DNA from: Eledone cirrhosa
Lineage: Eukaryota
DNA length: 64,000 nucleotides
NCBI GenBank assembly: GCA_964016885.1
Contig: OZ024740.1
Location: forward strand, 252,774,001-252,838,000
Reading direction: 5' to 3'
Both the position numbers and the translations under genes were made by a program. The notes beneath the pieces were generated by a model. That model worked only from the letters and a program-made list of their open reading frames with translations, searched no databases and was not told the origin of the DNA. Positions 30,195 to 44,125 of this stretch are shown here, in pieces. How positions within the stretch are numbered: the first letter of the stretch is position 1; each line of letters begins with the position of its first letter.

Positions 30195-30848
30195 GTGTAT
30201 ATATATATATATATGTGTATATATATATATATATGTGTATATATATATATATAGAATTTAGTATATCTACTAACATATGCGTACAGATGTACGCTAATGC
30301 TAGCAAATACATAATTGCAGAAACTAATTAGTTGGAGTGAAAATTTTAGTAAGTAAGTTAATTTTTTAAATTCTTTTTAAAATTTTCTTACTTTACGTCT
30401 TTCATATATTTTACTACCAACATATGCGTACAGATGTACACTAATACTAGTAAATATATAAGTTATGTCAAAGTACCTAGGTGGTTCAATGCAGGGGGAT
30501 GCAGAATAATTATATGAAAGACGTAAAATAAGAAAATTTTAAAAATTAAAAATTAACTTACTAAGTAAGTTAATTTTTAAAATTTTCTTATTTTACATCT
30601 TTCATATGTGTATACATACGTGCGTGCGTGCGTGCGTGTATATATATATATATATAAAATTTTGTATTTGCATCCATCCTTTTAGTATGCGTATACAAAT
30701 TATGCATACATTTTTGTAAAATATGTGTAAGGGTTTTACATGTATATACACACACCGAACTGCATTTAACCTTTTGTGTTTTCATTGGTCAATTTTGTTC
30801 CCAAACGGACCTGAAATTTTGAATTGTTGTTATTATCAATAAATATAC

Positions 30849-31002
30849 TTCATTATTTCTGAAGACGGCGTATATATGTGTTGGTATGTATATTTAATCT
30901 TGATAGTTTGTATAATTTTGTATAATTTTGTACATAGATCTGTTGAATATGCATGCCAATTCTAACACATATATATCCTAGAAACGATCGTTAAATAATG
31001 AA
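30849..31002 (+). ncRNA. Type I hammerhead with long stem II (12.5-kb family) within a non-folded-back copy ~30650-31200
   Basis: TTCATTATTT-CTGAAGA...GAAA-CGATCG-TT-AAATAATGAA, 10-bp stem I. Confidence 0.7.
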
Positions 31003-31195
31003 CTTTTTTTGTTTAATATAAGGAACTGTCTCATTGTTTATTCATTATTTGTTTAATATTTTATCTTGACTCTGTATACCGTTTATCTTTCACCGAAAGT
31101 GATTTTTCATTACATCTCTTCTTTCCATGATATCCGGAATACATTGAGTTCTTCATACGGATTGGACACTACCGTAAACTCTTGGTAGATTTATC

Positions 31196-31243
<48 letters not shown>

Positions 31244-31292
31244 AAATAAAGTTAAATAAAAGTCAAATGATTAAAATTTAGCTTCGCTTATT

Positions 31293-31347
31293 ACTGCTAC
31301 ATATATTTCAGTGACAGCGATCTTTGGCTGTGACCTCTTCAGGCAGT
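31293..31347 (-). ncRNA. Minimal type I hammerhead motif
   Basis: ACTGC-CTGAAGA-GGTCACAGC caaagatc GCTGTCACT-GAAA-TATATG-TA-GCAGT; homolog at 54631. Confidence 0.75.
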
Positions 31348-31493
31348 TTGAATTAGTGTGGTATAGACAAGTACATATGTTGTTGCGGTGTATAATATTA
31401 TCAATACTCTGATATGCCCAATTCCTTCTTGGGTTGTTATTTCACTGAGGAAATATATATATATATATATATAAAAATATCTCTATATATGTG

Positions 31494-31525
<32 letters not shown>

Positions 31526-31604
31526 CGTAGGTCCCGGGTTGAGTCGGGGATAACTACAGTAAGTAAGGTACTCAATACATGGGAGAGTAAAAAATTTTTT
31601 TTTT

Positions 31605-31636
<32 letters not shown>

Positions 31637-31650
31637 AATATATGTATATA

Positions 31651-33451
31651 AAAGATTGGTGCAGTAGCATCATTGTCAACTGCTACAAAGGTAAAGGCGA
31701 TGCACTAGATAGAGGAAACTATAGAGGTATAAAGTTGATGGACCAGGTCATGAAAGTAACAGAAAGAGTTATAGCACAGCTGATTAGGGACCGGGTAAAT
31801 ATAGACGAGATGCAATTTGGGTTTGTACCAGGGAAAGGCACCACTGATGCCCTCTTCCTTGTGAGGCAATTACAGGAAAAGTACCTAGCTAAAAGTAAGC
31901 CACTCTACTTGGCATTTGTCGACCTTGAGAAAGCCTTTGACAGAGTTCCACGTGCAGTAATCTGGTGGGCTCTTAGAAAACTAGGAGTAGATGAATGGCT
32001 TGTGAAAGCGGTACAAGCCATGTATAGGGGAGCAGTCAGCAAAGTTAGGATTAGCAATGAGTATAGCGAGGAATTTAGCGTACAGGTTGGGGTCCACCAG
32101 GGCTCTGTTCTTAGCCCTCTCCTGTTCATCATAGTCCTGCAGGCAATAACGGAGGAGTTTAAGACCGGGTGCCCATGGGAACTCCTGTATGCTGATGACC
32201 TCGCACTCATAGCTGAATCTATGGTAGAACTAGAGAATAAATTCCAAACCTGGAAGCAGGGACTAGAGAGAAAGGGCCTCAAAGTCAACATGACAAAGAT
32301 TAAGGTCCTTGTAAGTAGACGAGAAAACAGAACCCAGATCCCCTCAGGGAAATGGCCTTGCTCAGTATGTAGGAAAGGTGTAGGTAGGAACTCCATTCTC
32401 TGCCCCAAATGCAAACAATGGGTACACAAGAGATGTAGCGGGATCTCAGGAAGCTTAATTAAGAATGTAGGATTCACATGCAGCAGCTGTGCTGAAACAG
32501 CAAGGAAACAGCCACAGGAAACAAGTACCACCAATCTCTGGGAGGGCCCTGTAGAAACAGTAGACAGCTTCTGCTACCTAGGTGACCGAATTAGCAACGG
32601 CGGTGGGTGCTCAGAAAGTACAATAACTAGGGTAAGAACAGGATGGAAGAAGTTTAGGGAACTACTACCACTGCTAGCTGCAAAAGGCTTCTCCCTCAGA
32701 ATGAAAGGCAGACTGTATGATGCGTGTATCCGAACAGCGATGTTGCATGGTAGTGAGACCTGGGCGCTGAAGGTGGAAGACTTACGTAGATTAGAGAGAA
32801 ACGAAGCCTGCATGCTCCGATGGATGTGTAACAGTAATATACGTGAACGACAAAGCATAAATGAATTGAGAGAGAGACTGAGCATAAGAGGAATCAAATG
32901 CTGCGTGCAGGAGAGGCGGTTACGCTGGTATGGACATGTGATGCGTATGAAGGATGACAGCTGCATAAAAAGGTGCAGAGCACTAGAAGTTGATGGAAAC
33001 CGCGGAGTGGGGAGACCCAAGATGACTTGGGATGAGGTGATAAAAGCCGACCTTACCCAACTACACCTCTCAAAGTCAATGACACACGACCGTGACTTCT
33101 GGCGTCACGCAGTAATACAGGGTACCCGACCTCCCATGGGTACATGCTGAAGCATATAAACAATATGCCCCCACTCCCCCCACCGCAAGGTGGTCGTGGA
33201 GGTGCCACGGCAAAAAAGCACCCAGCCCACACTGTAAAGTGGACGTGTAGGCGCCACGAAAAAGCACCCAGCACTCACTGTAAATGAGGTTGGTGTTAGC
33301 ATCCAGCTGTAGAAATCAAGCCAGATCAGTTCCTGTATGAGCAAGGCATGGTCAGCCGACCAGACACTGCCCACAACAGGACAACCCGTCTAACCCATGC
33401 TAGCGTGGAAGAACGGACGTAAAACGGTGATGATGATGATGATGATGATGA

Positions 33452-33455
<4 letters not shown>
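31651..33455 (+). mobile_element. RTE LINE (subfamily B), 5'-truncated, with uninterrupted ~500-aa RT-PHD-C-terminal frame
   Basis: ORF 31642-33150 has all RT motifs (QFGF, DLEKAFD, QGSVLSP, YADD, YLG); (GAT)n tail. Confidence 0.93.
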
Positions 33456-33527
<72 letters not shown>

Positions 33528-33529
<2 letters not shown>

Positions 33530-33878
33530 CCACATGGCTTAGTGGTTAGAGCATTGGCCTTGCAATCAAAAGGTTGTGAGTTCAATTCTCAGGCCGGGTA
33601 ATGTGTTGTTTCCTTGAGGAAGACACTTTATTTCACATTGCTCCATTTTATTCAGCTGTAGAAATGAGATAATAGGGACTGGGGTCCCTATCATTCCAGT
33701 GGAAAGTGGTCGTGTAGGGGCCACGGAAAAAAAAGCACCCAGCACTCCCGGTAAATGAGGTTGGTGTTAGGAAGGGCATCCAGCTGTAGAAATCAAGCCA
33801 GAATCAGTTCCCGTCCCACCCTTGCAAGCAGGGAAAAAGCGGACGTAAAATGAAATGATGAAAATGATGAAAATGATG

Positions 33879-33880
<2 letters not shown>
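33528..33880 (+). mobile_element. tRNA-derived SINE, family 1
   Basis: TGGCTTAGTGG...GTGAGTTCAATTCTC head; 3' part shared with the RTE-B UTR. Confidence 0.87.
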
Positions 33881-33943
<63 letters not shown>

Positions 33944-34607
33944 AAAATTAGAATTGGAGCTCTGAAATAGCAATATATATATGGATGTATATATAATGTA
34001 TTTTGCAATACACTTTATGCTTAATTAAAAGCATTTTGAAGACCGTAAGCTATTGTTTTAAAGTAGTGACAAATTCACTCACTTCGATCTCAGCAAACAG
34101 GGGAGATAAGCCGACATGACATGTTTCGCTTTTGTTGAAGCTTATCAAGGCCAACTACCCCGCCTGTCTACTGAGATCAATGATGTTATATTCTTATAGA
34201 AATCTAGTAAATAATCAGGAGCTGATTATGCAGAACGGTTGTTGGTCAGGCAGAAATTAAAAATTAGAATTGGAGCTCTGAAATAGCAATATATATGGCA
34301 ATGTTTAGGCAAATTACAGAGGCATTAAGCATAAAATAATTAAAACCAAAATTAAATAGAAAATATGAGTGGAACAGCAACATCACAACTTACAATTAAG
34401 GACAAAATGAAAACACACACACACATAGAACAAACAACCAACCAACCAACAATAAATAAATAAATAAACAAATAGATAAATGAACACAAACACACACAGA
34501 CACCCGGATGTGGCGCATGCGCAAACTGAGCACACAACACACACACAGAAACAAAATGGCGTAGGATAGAAGAAAGGAAAGGCACAGAAACGAAGAAAGG
34601 AATCCAC

Positions 34608-34652
34608 AGTCACTGAAGAGGTCACAGAGTGTGTGACGAAAGGACTATGACT
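34608..34652 (+). ncRNA. Minimal type I hammerhead motif
   Basis: AGTCA-CTGAAGA-G-GTCACA gagtg TGTGAC-GAAA-GGAC-TA-TGACT. Confidence 0.7.
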
Positions 34653-34881
34653 ATATATAAACAACTATCTGGTTGTAGAACCAACCAACCAACCAGAAAT
34701 TTATAAGTTTGTAAATTTGTAAATTTATAAATTTATAAATATATAATAAATTGAAGTGAAAGCAACTGGTGCGTGTGTTTCTTATTGGCAACATGACCCT
34801 CCCAAAGTATAACAATATCGGTTTCGACACACGATTTCAGATAAAGAATCTTGCTAAACAAATTCAGAAACGAAATATATT

Positions 34882-34934
<53 letters not shown>

Positions 34935-34935
34935 T

Positions 34936-34969
<34 letters not shown>

Positions 34970-34985
34970 TATATATATATATATT

Positions 34986-35036
<51 letters not shown>

Positions 35037-35460
35037 ATATTGTTATACTTTGGGAGGGTCATGTTGCCAATAAGAAACACACGCACCAGTTGCTTTCACT
35101 TCAATTTATTATATATTTATAAATTTATAAATTTACAAATCTACAAACTTATAAATTTCTGGTTGGTTGGTTGGTTCCACAATCAGATAGTTGTTTATAT
35201 ATATAAACAACTATAAACAACTATATAAACAATATAAACAACTGTCTGGTTGTGGTTGTGGAACCAACCAACCAACCAGAAATTTATAAGTTTGTAGATT
35301 TGTAAATTTATAAATTTATAAATATATAATAAGTTGAAGTGAAAGCAACTGATGCGTGTGTTTCTTATTGGCAACATGACCCTCCCAAAGTATAACAATA
35401 TCGGTTTCGACACACGATTTCAGATAAAGAATCTTGCTAAACAAATTCAGAAACGAAATA
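34653..35460. repeat. Zig-zag repeat (forward, inverted, forward) of a ~220-bp unit; further pieces at 37855-38020
   Basis: 34653-34876 forward, 35038-35199 reverse, ~35232-35460 forward. Confidence 0.85.
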
Positions 35461-35693
35461 TATATATATATATATTTTTATATATATATATATATATATA
35501 TTTTTATATATATATATATATATATATTTTTATATATATATATATATATATATTTTTATATATATATATATATATTTTTATATATATATATATATATTTT
35601 TATATATATATATATATATATATTTTTATATATATATATATTTTTATATATATATATATATATTTTTATATATATATATATTTTATATATATA

Positions 35694-35727
<34 letters not shown>

Positions 35728-35769
35728 TTTTATATATATTTTATATATATATATATATATATATTTTTT

Positions 35770-35800
<31 letters not shown>

Positions 35801-35807
35801 ATATTTA

Positions 35808-35924
<117 letters not shown>

Positions 35925-35931
35925 ATATTTA

Positions 35932-35963
<32 letters not shown>

Positions 35964-35970
35964 TTTTATA

Positions 35971-36044
<74 letters not shown>

Positions 36045-36051
36045 ATATTTA

Positions 36052-36083
<32 letters not shown>

Positions 36084-36125
36084 TTTTATATATATTTTAT
36101 ATATATATATATATATATATTTTTT

Positions 36126-36156
<31 letters not shown>

Positions 36157-36194
36157 ATATTTATATATTTTATATATATATATATATATATTTT

Positions 36195-36261
<67 letters not shown>

Positions 36262-36308
36262 ATTTATATATATATATTTATATATATATATTTATATATA
36301 TATATATT

Positions 36309-36368
<60 letters not shown>

Positions 36369-36386
36369 TATATATATATATATATA

Positions 36387-36433
<47 letters not shown>

Positions 36434-36566
36434 ATTTTTATATATATATATATTTATATATATATATATATTTTTATATATATATATATTTTTATATATA
36501 TATATATATTTTTATATATATATATATTTTTATATATATATATATTTTTATATATATATATATTTT

Positions 36567-36597
<31 letters not shown>

Positions 36598-36600
36598 ATT

Positions 36601-36670
<70 letters not shown>

Positions 36671-36703
36671 GATTTGAATGGATACAGTTTAGTTGAAAGG
36701 AAT

Positions 36704-36820
36704 TTATTGACACGTGTTTCTATAACAGTTACATAACCTAAAACAGCTATCTACAAACTTTTAGTTATGCAGACATTCAATATTTCAATGTTATTATTTA
36801 CTGTCATTTCATCAGAATAA
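36704..36820 (-). ncRNA. Type I hammerhead motif with extended stem II and GUC cleavage triplet
   Basis: TTATT-CTGATGA-AATGACAGT...ACTGTTATA-GAAA-CACGTG-TC-AATAA. Confidence 0.7.
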
Positions 36821-37727
36821 TATTACTGAGGACCTATTTAGTTTTTATAGAGAATATTAGGAGGGAGGGGTGAAGTTGTTAGAAGAATAGTTGAAGGAGT
36901 GGTTTTTCGATAGCAGTGAGAATTCTTGGTGGCAGTGAGTAATTAGATTCCCATCTGTTGTTTTGACATTTTTTATGGAATATATTATTGGTTATTTTTC
37001 TAAATCTATAGAAGGATTAGAGATAGTAAAGATATGCGTGGTTGGTTTTGTGTTTGCACTTAACATTCAGACTTAAATTTTTCTTTCAAGTGTACGTATT
37101 CTTTCACCCACGCATTCACACACAAATATATTTGCACACCTCTACAAAATACATATACTCACAATTCACATATTCATACTTACATATATATACACATGCA
37201 TACACATATATATACACACATGTATTCATGTACATACATACGCGCTCATGTGTATACATTTTCATACTCAACTTATCTTTATATATACACACGTATAGAC
37301 ACACACATATATACATACATACTCTAGTCCATGTGTACACACATACGCATACATACACATCCACATACACATACATACATACACATATATATATACATAT
37401 ATACATACACATATATATATACATATACCCACACACACACATATACACATACACACATATATATATATATATATAAGCATTTTAATACATGAATACACTT
37501 ACATCTAACTATACACATCAAACATATATATATATTTACTTATTTATATACATTTTCACATATATATACATACTTATGGACGTTTTTAGACACATTCATT
37601 ATCGCATATTTGTACCTATTCTCATCAGCATATCTTTTCATTATTAGTATGGTAATTTAAGGTTATTAATATATGTTGAGAAGAGATTGTTTTTATATTT
37701 TTCTAACTATATATATATATATATTTT

Positions 37728-37763
<36 letters not shown>

Positions 37764-37793
37764 TATATATATATATATATATATTTATATATT

Positions 37794-37855
<62 letters not shown>

Positions 37856-38033
37856 TCGTTTCTGAATTTGTTTAGCAAGATTCTTTATCTGAAATCGTGT
37901 GTTGAAACCGATATTGTTATACTTTGTAAATTTATAAATATATATTAAATTAAATTGAAGTGAAAGCAACTGGTGCGTGTGTTTCTTATTGGCAACATGA
38001 CCCTCCCAAAGTATAACAATATATATATATATT

Positions 38034-38066
<33 letters not shown>

Positions 38067-38069
38067 TTT

Positions 38070-38141
<72 letters not shown>

Positions 38142-38167
38142 TATATATATATATATATATATTTATA

Positions 38168-38213
<46 letters not shown>

Positions 38214-38217
38214 TATA

Positions 38218-38416
<199 letters not shown>

Positions 38417-38459
38417 ATATATTTATAAATATATATAAAATATATATATAAATATATAT

Positions 38460-39062
38460 GTAGATAAATCTACCAAGAGTTTACGGTAGTGTCCAATCCG
38501 AATGAAGAACTCAATGTATTCCGGATATCATGGAAAGAAGAGATGTAATGAAAAACCACTTTCGGTGAAAGATAAACGGTATACAGAGTACAAGATAAAA
38601 TATTAAACAAATAATGAATAAACAATTTCTTATATTAAACAAAAAAAGTTCATTATTTAACGATCGTTTCTAGGATATATATGTGTTAGAATTGGTATGC
38701 ATATTCAACAGATCTATGTACAAAATTATACAAAATTATACAAATTATCAAGATTAAATATACATACCAAACACATATATACGCATATATACATACCAAA
38801 CACATATATACACATATATATGCATATATACATACCAAACACATATATACACATATATATGATTATTTCTGAAGACGGCGTATATATGTGTTTGGTATGT
38901 ATATTTAATCTTGATAATTTGTATAATTTTGTATAATTTTGTACATAGATCTGTTGAATATGCATACCAATTCTAACACATATATATCCTAGAAACGATC
39001 GTTAAATAATGAACTTTTTTTGTTTAATATAAGAAATTGTTTATTCATTATTTGTTTAATAT
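38460..39062. mobile_element. Inverted pair of the 12.5-kb family with spacer; hammerhead at 38862-39010 plus
   Basis: 38600-38780 is the reverse complement of ~38880-39062; both arms share private variants. Confidence 0.85.
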
Positions 39063-39068
39063 TATATA

Positions 39069-39100
<32 letters not shown>

Positions 39101-39181
39101 AATATATATAAAATATATATATAAATATATATATATATAAAATATATATATAAATATATATATATAAATATATATATATAA

Positions 39182-39512
39182 ATCATCATCATTTTACGTC
39201 CGCTTTTCCCTGCTTGCAAGGGTGGGACGGGAACTGATTCTGGCTTGATTTCTACAGCTGGATGCCCTTCCTAACACCAACCTCATTTACAGTGAGTGCT
39301 GGGTGCTTTTTTGCCGTGGCACCTCCACGACCACTTTTGTAGTGGAAAGATAGGGACCCCAGTCCCTATCATCTCATTTCTACAGCTGAGTAAACTGGAG
39401 CAATGTGAAATAAAGTGTCTTACTCAAGGAAACAACACATCACCCGGTCTGAGAATTGAACTCACAACCTTTCGATTGCAAGGCCAATGCTCTAACCACT
39501 AAGCCATGTGCC
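39182..39512 (-). mobile_element. tRNA-derived SINE, family 1
   Basis: Reverse complement of 54874-55190. Confidence 0.87.
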
Positions 39513-39534
39513 TTCATTTATATATATATATATA

Positions 39535-39645
<111 letters not shown>

Positions 39646-39646
39646 T

Positions 39647-39677
<31 letters not shown>

Positions 39678-39685
39678 ATATATAT

Positions 39686-40093
39686 GTAGGAGGTGAGTTT
39701 TATTGTAGTACAATAAAGCAATGCAGATATCGGATAAGAAGCACTCTACAGTTTGTAGGACTGGAGTATACATAATATAAGATCAAAAGATGGTTAAAGG
39801 AGTTCCATGTATTTTATTATGCGCATTTCAAAAACAAACATCATCATGCAATAATATTTGTGTTTTCATCAGATAAAACAGGAGAACATGATATGAAGGC
39901 TAAATAGTGCAGTTTTAAATCAACATATGTTGATTTAAAACTGCACTATCCACAAGTGTTTTTAGCCTTCATATCATGTTCTCCTGTTTTATCTGATGAA
40001 AACACAAATATTATTGCATGATGTTGTTTGTTTTTGAAATGCGCATAATAAAATACATGGAACTCCTTTAACCATCTTTTGATCTTATATTAT
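39686..40093. mobile_element. Third copy of the fold-back hammerhead module (hammerheads 39812-39878 minus, 39987-40053 plus)
   Basis: Same leader and centre (39926/39927); ~13-bp deletion in the left arm. Confidence 0.9.
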
Positions 40094-40096
40094 ATT

Positions 40097-40159
<63 letters not shown>

Positions 40160-40190
40160 TTATATATATATATATATTTATATATATATT

Positions 40191-40221
<31 letters not shown>

Positions 40222-40364
40222 TTATATATATATTTATATATTTATATATATATATATATTTATATATTTATATATATATATATTTATATATTTATATATA
40301 TATATATTTATATATATATTTATATATATATTTATATATATATATATATATTCATATATATATT

Positions 40365-40419
<55 letters not shown>

Positions 40420-40482
40420 ATAAAATATTAAAAAAATAATGAATAAAACAATGAAACAGTTCCTTATATTAAACAAAAAAAG

Positions 40483-40626
40483 TTCATTGTTTAACGATCG
40501 TTTCTGGGATATATATGTGTTAGAATTGGCATGTATATTTAACAGATCTATGTACAAAATTATACAAACTATCAAAATCAAATATACATACCAACTCATA
40601 TATATGCCGTCTTCAGAAATAATGAA
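40483..40626 (-). ncRNA. Type I hammerhead (12.5-kb family) in module ~40420-40825
   Basis: Reverse complement of the 30849-31002 motif. Confidence 0.65.
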
Positions 40627-41278
40627 ATATATTTATTGATAATAACAACAATTCAAAATTACAGGTCTGTTTGGGAACAGAGTTCAAATTGACCAATGGA
40701 AACACAAAAAGTTTATACAGTTAGGTGTGTTTATATATGTAAGTAACTTCGTTCACAGATATTTATAAAAATATATGTTCACATGCATACGCATGCCGAA
40801 AAGATGCATGTAAATACAGAAATTCAGGGCTAATGTCTCTGTATGTTTATAATCTACAGATAAAATACATATACGCATATAAACATATAAATATAAAAAT
40901 AAATATATACACATTCATATACTCACACATATACATACATTCACACACACACGCGCATATACGCATAAACATACACACACCCACGAACATACATACACAC
41001 ACACACTCACACACACATATGTGTATATACTATTATCATAAGCATATGGACATTAATGCGCGCACATAAACACTGCCACACATATTTAGATCCAGATACA
41101 GAAAGTAGGTGGGAGGGGGGAGAGGTCAGTATTTACTGGTGTCAGCAAACTGCCTATTTATAAATGTATCTATAAATTTAGAAATAAAAAGAAAAAGAAA
41201 AAAGAAAAATATTAAGAAAATATATATATATATATACAATATTAAATAAATGGAAACTATATTTATAAAACCATATTT

Positions 41279-41342
41279 ATTTCATTATATATATTTCAGG
41301 GATATCATATTAACAATATGCTATGCCTTCCTCAGACAAAAT
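41279..41342 (-). ncRNA. Minimal type I hammerhead motif ~1.4 kb downstream of the PLE ORF
   Basis: ATTTTGT-CTGAGGA-AGG..CATATT gtt AATATG..CCT-GAAA-TATATA-TA-ATGAAAT; related deleted copy at ~2200-2276. Confidence 0.7.
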
Positions 41343-42729
41343 ACAATATAAACAGTTTTATAGATAAATAGATTCGACATACCGTAACAACATCTACTTG
41401 CATTTGAGAAGGTTGATTTGGTAGTGACAAAATTGTACACAGAGAGAAAGAAAGAGAGAGAGAAAGAGAGAAAAAAAAGAAAAAGAGAGAAAAAAGGAAA
41501 GAAAGACAGAAAACGAAGAAAAAGAAAAAGAAGAAATGCATGGAACAAAATAGAGAGATGGAAAGATAGATAAAGAGAAGAACTTCATGTAAAGAAACAG
41601 AAAGAGATATATATATATAGAGAGAGAGGAAATAGAGATAGATACATATATATAGAAAGCTAGGTAGTGGGACGTCTGTTGAATAACGTATCAATGATAC
41701 ATTTATTTATTTATTTATTTATTTAGCTCTAGTATTAATGTAAGGGAGATATATGGAGGGAAAACCAGCTGTTATATAGGGAGAGAAAAAATATAGAGAG
41801 AGAAAAAAAGAGAGAAAAAATTCAAAAATATCCAGACACAGGCGAGGCGTAAAAACCTGTTTTAATGTAGAGGTATTAGTATTTACAAAACCAGCCTCTA
41901 CATTGTAAATATCAGTATTCCTGAATGAGATATGTATCCACAATGTGTGAAAATTAATGATCTTATGTTTAGTTTTTTAAAAAAAATTCATATGTTTATG
42001 TGATAATTACAAACATCTATGTGAATGTACATGATCAATTCTGCAAACCCTAAGTTCACGGAAAGTATTCTCAATGCGGTATAAAAATTTAAGTATACAT
42101 ATATGTGTATATAGAGTCAATATTACTATTTCTGTCTCTACACTACAAGATTATCTATCAAGCAAAAATAGAACAGATTTCAATATACCAATAAAAATAA
42201 AAATATATCGGAAACAAAACTAAAAATAACAATAATAATAATAAGTAATAATAAAATAGAAAACTAAGAAATATTACGAAAGAATATTACATATTAAAAA
42301 TATTACATATTAAAAAATTTACATATTAAAAATATTAAAAATAAAAATATTAGGAAATACTACAATAATAAAAATAAAATAAACCACAAAGATCAACCCT
42401 TCAAAATTAATTGACAATATATTGCCAAGTTCATTATAAATATCAGAGTCGAAAAACAGATAAAGCCAAACATTATCTATCAAATCGCATCTAGCAAAGA
42501 TCATTTCAAAAAGTATAGGATGCCCAATTTGGTCTACATGTGTTCTTATATTTAATATAGAAGTTTATCTAGTGTAGCGTTTATTCAAAATATTTGGAGC
42601 ATCAACTTTTAGGGTAGCTTAATTTTTCATGAAGAATGTTTAAATAAATAAAATAAAAATAAAAAGAATAAAAAGAGAATCAAAGATTTATCGGCTAGTT
42701 TCCCATATAATTATAAATCAAACTAAATA

Positions 42730-44096
42730 TACTACATTTTAAATTTAAATTTAAACGTTGAGTTTAATCTATGTTTGCAACAACTGAATAAATTTGTCCG
42801 TAGATTAAGGGAATTTTTAGATTTTAGTATAAAGAATATCTCCTCTGCGCAGAGGTCACATGTCTCAGAGGATGAATTAAAAGGAATCCCTCTTGAGACT
42901 ATATTCCAAGCCGTCGAATATCTAACGTTATCTAACTTAAGTTGCTATAGTACGCCTGATAGTGCCGTTGAAGATTTTTTACTTGGATCTGTGAAAGAAT
43001 TCTTGTGGTTATTATAGCGAAGTTTAAATTCCGTCGATGTGGAACCGACGTAGTTAAAAGAATTAGAGTCAGTATTAACATTACAATTGTATACTATATT
43101 TTTAACTAAGCAGTTGTTATTTAACGGACATTTAGATCTATCTCTACAGTTACATTTGTTAACTTGTATATTATTTATGCTGTTATCACTAGGTTTTAAG
43201 TTCCTATTATTTATTCTATTGATATTTTGTGCTAAATTTTTGGTGGATGAGTAGGTTAATTTAATTGTATGTCTATTGAAAATTGAGTGATATCTATGTG
43301 TTCTAGGGAAGCGATTATCAAGAGCTTTAAAAAATAGTTTAGCGATGTGGGTTTTAATGTTTAGTGAGAAAGGGGGGGCAAACCAAATTATGTTCCTAGT
43401 TCTATTTCTTTTTTGGCCTTTGGAATTATTGTAATGCTTTCTATTATAGTTGTTAAGGATGTTGCCGTAATTAAAAAAGTTGTTACTTTGTTTAGTTTGT
43501 CTATCATTATCTATGTACACAATCTTATCAGCATATCCTGCTCTAGCTAATGCTTCATTGTAGTATTGGGCTTTTTCGTCGAAAATCTTTCTATTCGACG
43601 AGATCCTAGAGATACGTTTTTGGACAGATTTTACTATAGTGTTTTTGACAGATCTGGGGTGGTTAGAGTTAAAGTTTACATAGTTTAAGTTTTCATTCAA
43701 CTTGTGAAAAGGATAGTGAAGACATGTGTTGAGATTTAATGTTATATCTAGGAAATTGACTATTCTATGGTTGTTTTCAATTTCTATTTTAAGATTAAAG
43801 TAATTAAAAAATTGTGTAATTTGTTTACATTTTCTATTTAGTTCAGAGTTATTATTATCAATAAGTAAAAGCATGTCGTCTCTATATAAACCTCCGGTAG
43901 TACCGGGTATTTTCCTATGTAGCGAATTGATTAAAAATAAACCCACAAGGTCAGTTACCTGGGCTGAGTCGGATGATCCCATAGTAATGTCAAAATTGCT
44001 ATCTCTATCTGCTCTGGTCCATAGTTGGTCATTAAATTCTATCAAAGTTTTCCTAGCCGATAATATAATATGCATTTCATTGCTAGTTAGGTCAGT
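42730..44096 (-). mobile_element. Penelope-like element: RT C-terminal half plus GIY-YIG endonuclease, 5'-truncated, one nonsense codon
   Basis: FDITMGS, GLYRDD, SNHP, IIWFAPPF, CNCR..CPL..CL..IVY..YVGST..FKLRYNNH; the frame continues past the TAG at 42945 as ..WNIV..CDLCAEE..LN..CCKH. Confidence 0.92.
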
Positions 44097-44125
44097 ACTG
44101 ACCTAACTAGCAATGAAATGCATAT
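44068..44125. repeat. Perfect 58-bp palindrome at the PLE 5' truncation point
   Basis: ATATGCATTTCATTGCTAGTTAGGTCAGT|ACTGACCTAACTAGCAATGAAATGCATAT. Confidence 0.95.

Noticed and set aside
31525-31595. Isolated ~70-bp GC-richer insert between TA tracts
   Set aside because: Single copy, no recognisable motif; needs a database search.
31905-33020. Antisense ORFs over RTE copies
   Set aside because: Shadows of the RT frame with no motifs of their own.
33528-33600. tRNA gene call for the TGGCTTAGTGG..GTTCAATTC heads
   Set aside because: No proper acceptor stem and always attached to the same SINE body, so these are SINE heads.
37575-37632. Hammerhead-like remnants here and at 2232-2276, 56762-56797 and 1110-1147
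   Set aside because: GAAA, the CTGANGA box or stem III is mutated or deleted, so function is unsupported.
42943-42947. Recoding or selenocysteine at the in-frame PLE stop
   Set aside because: The codon is TAG at a position where Trp (TGG) fits; a simple nonsense mutation is more likely.
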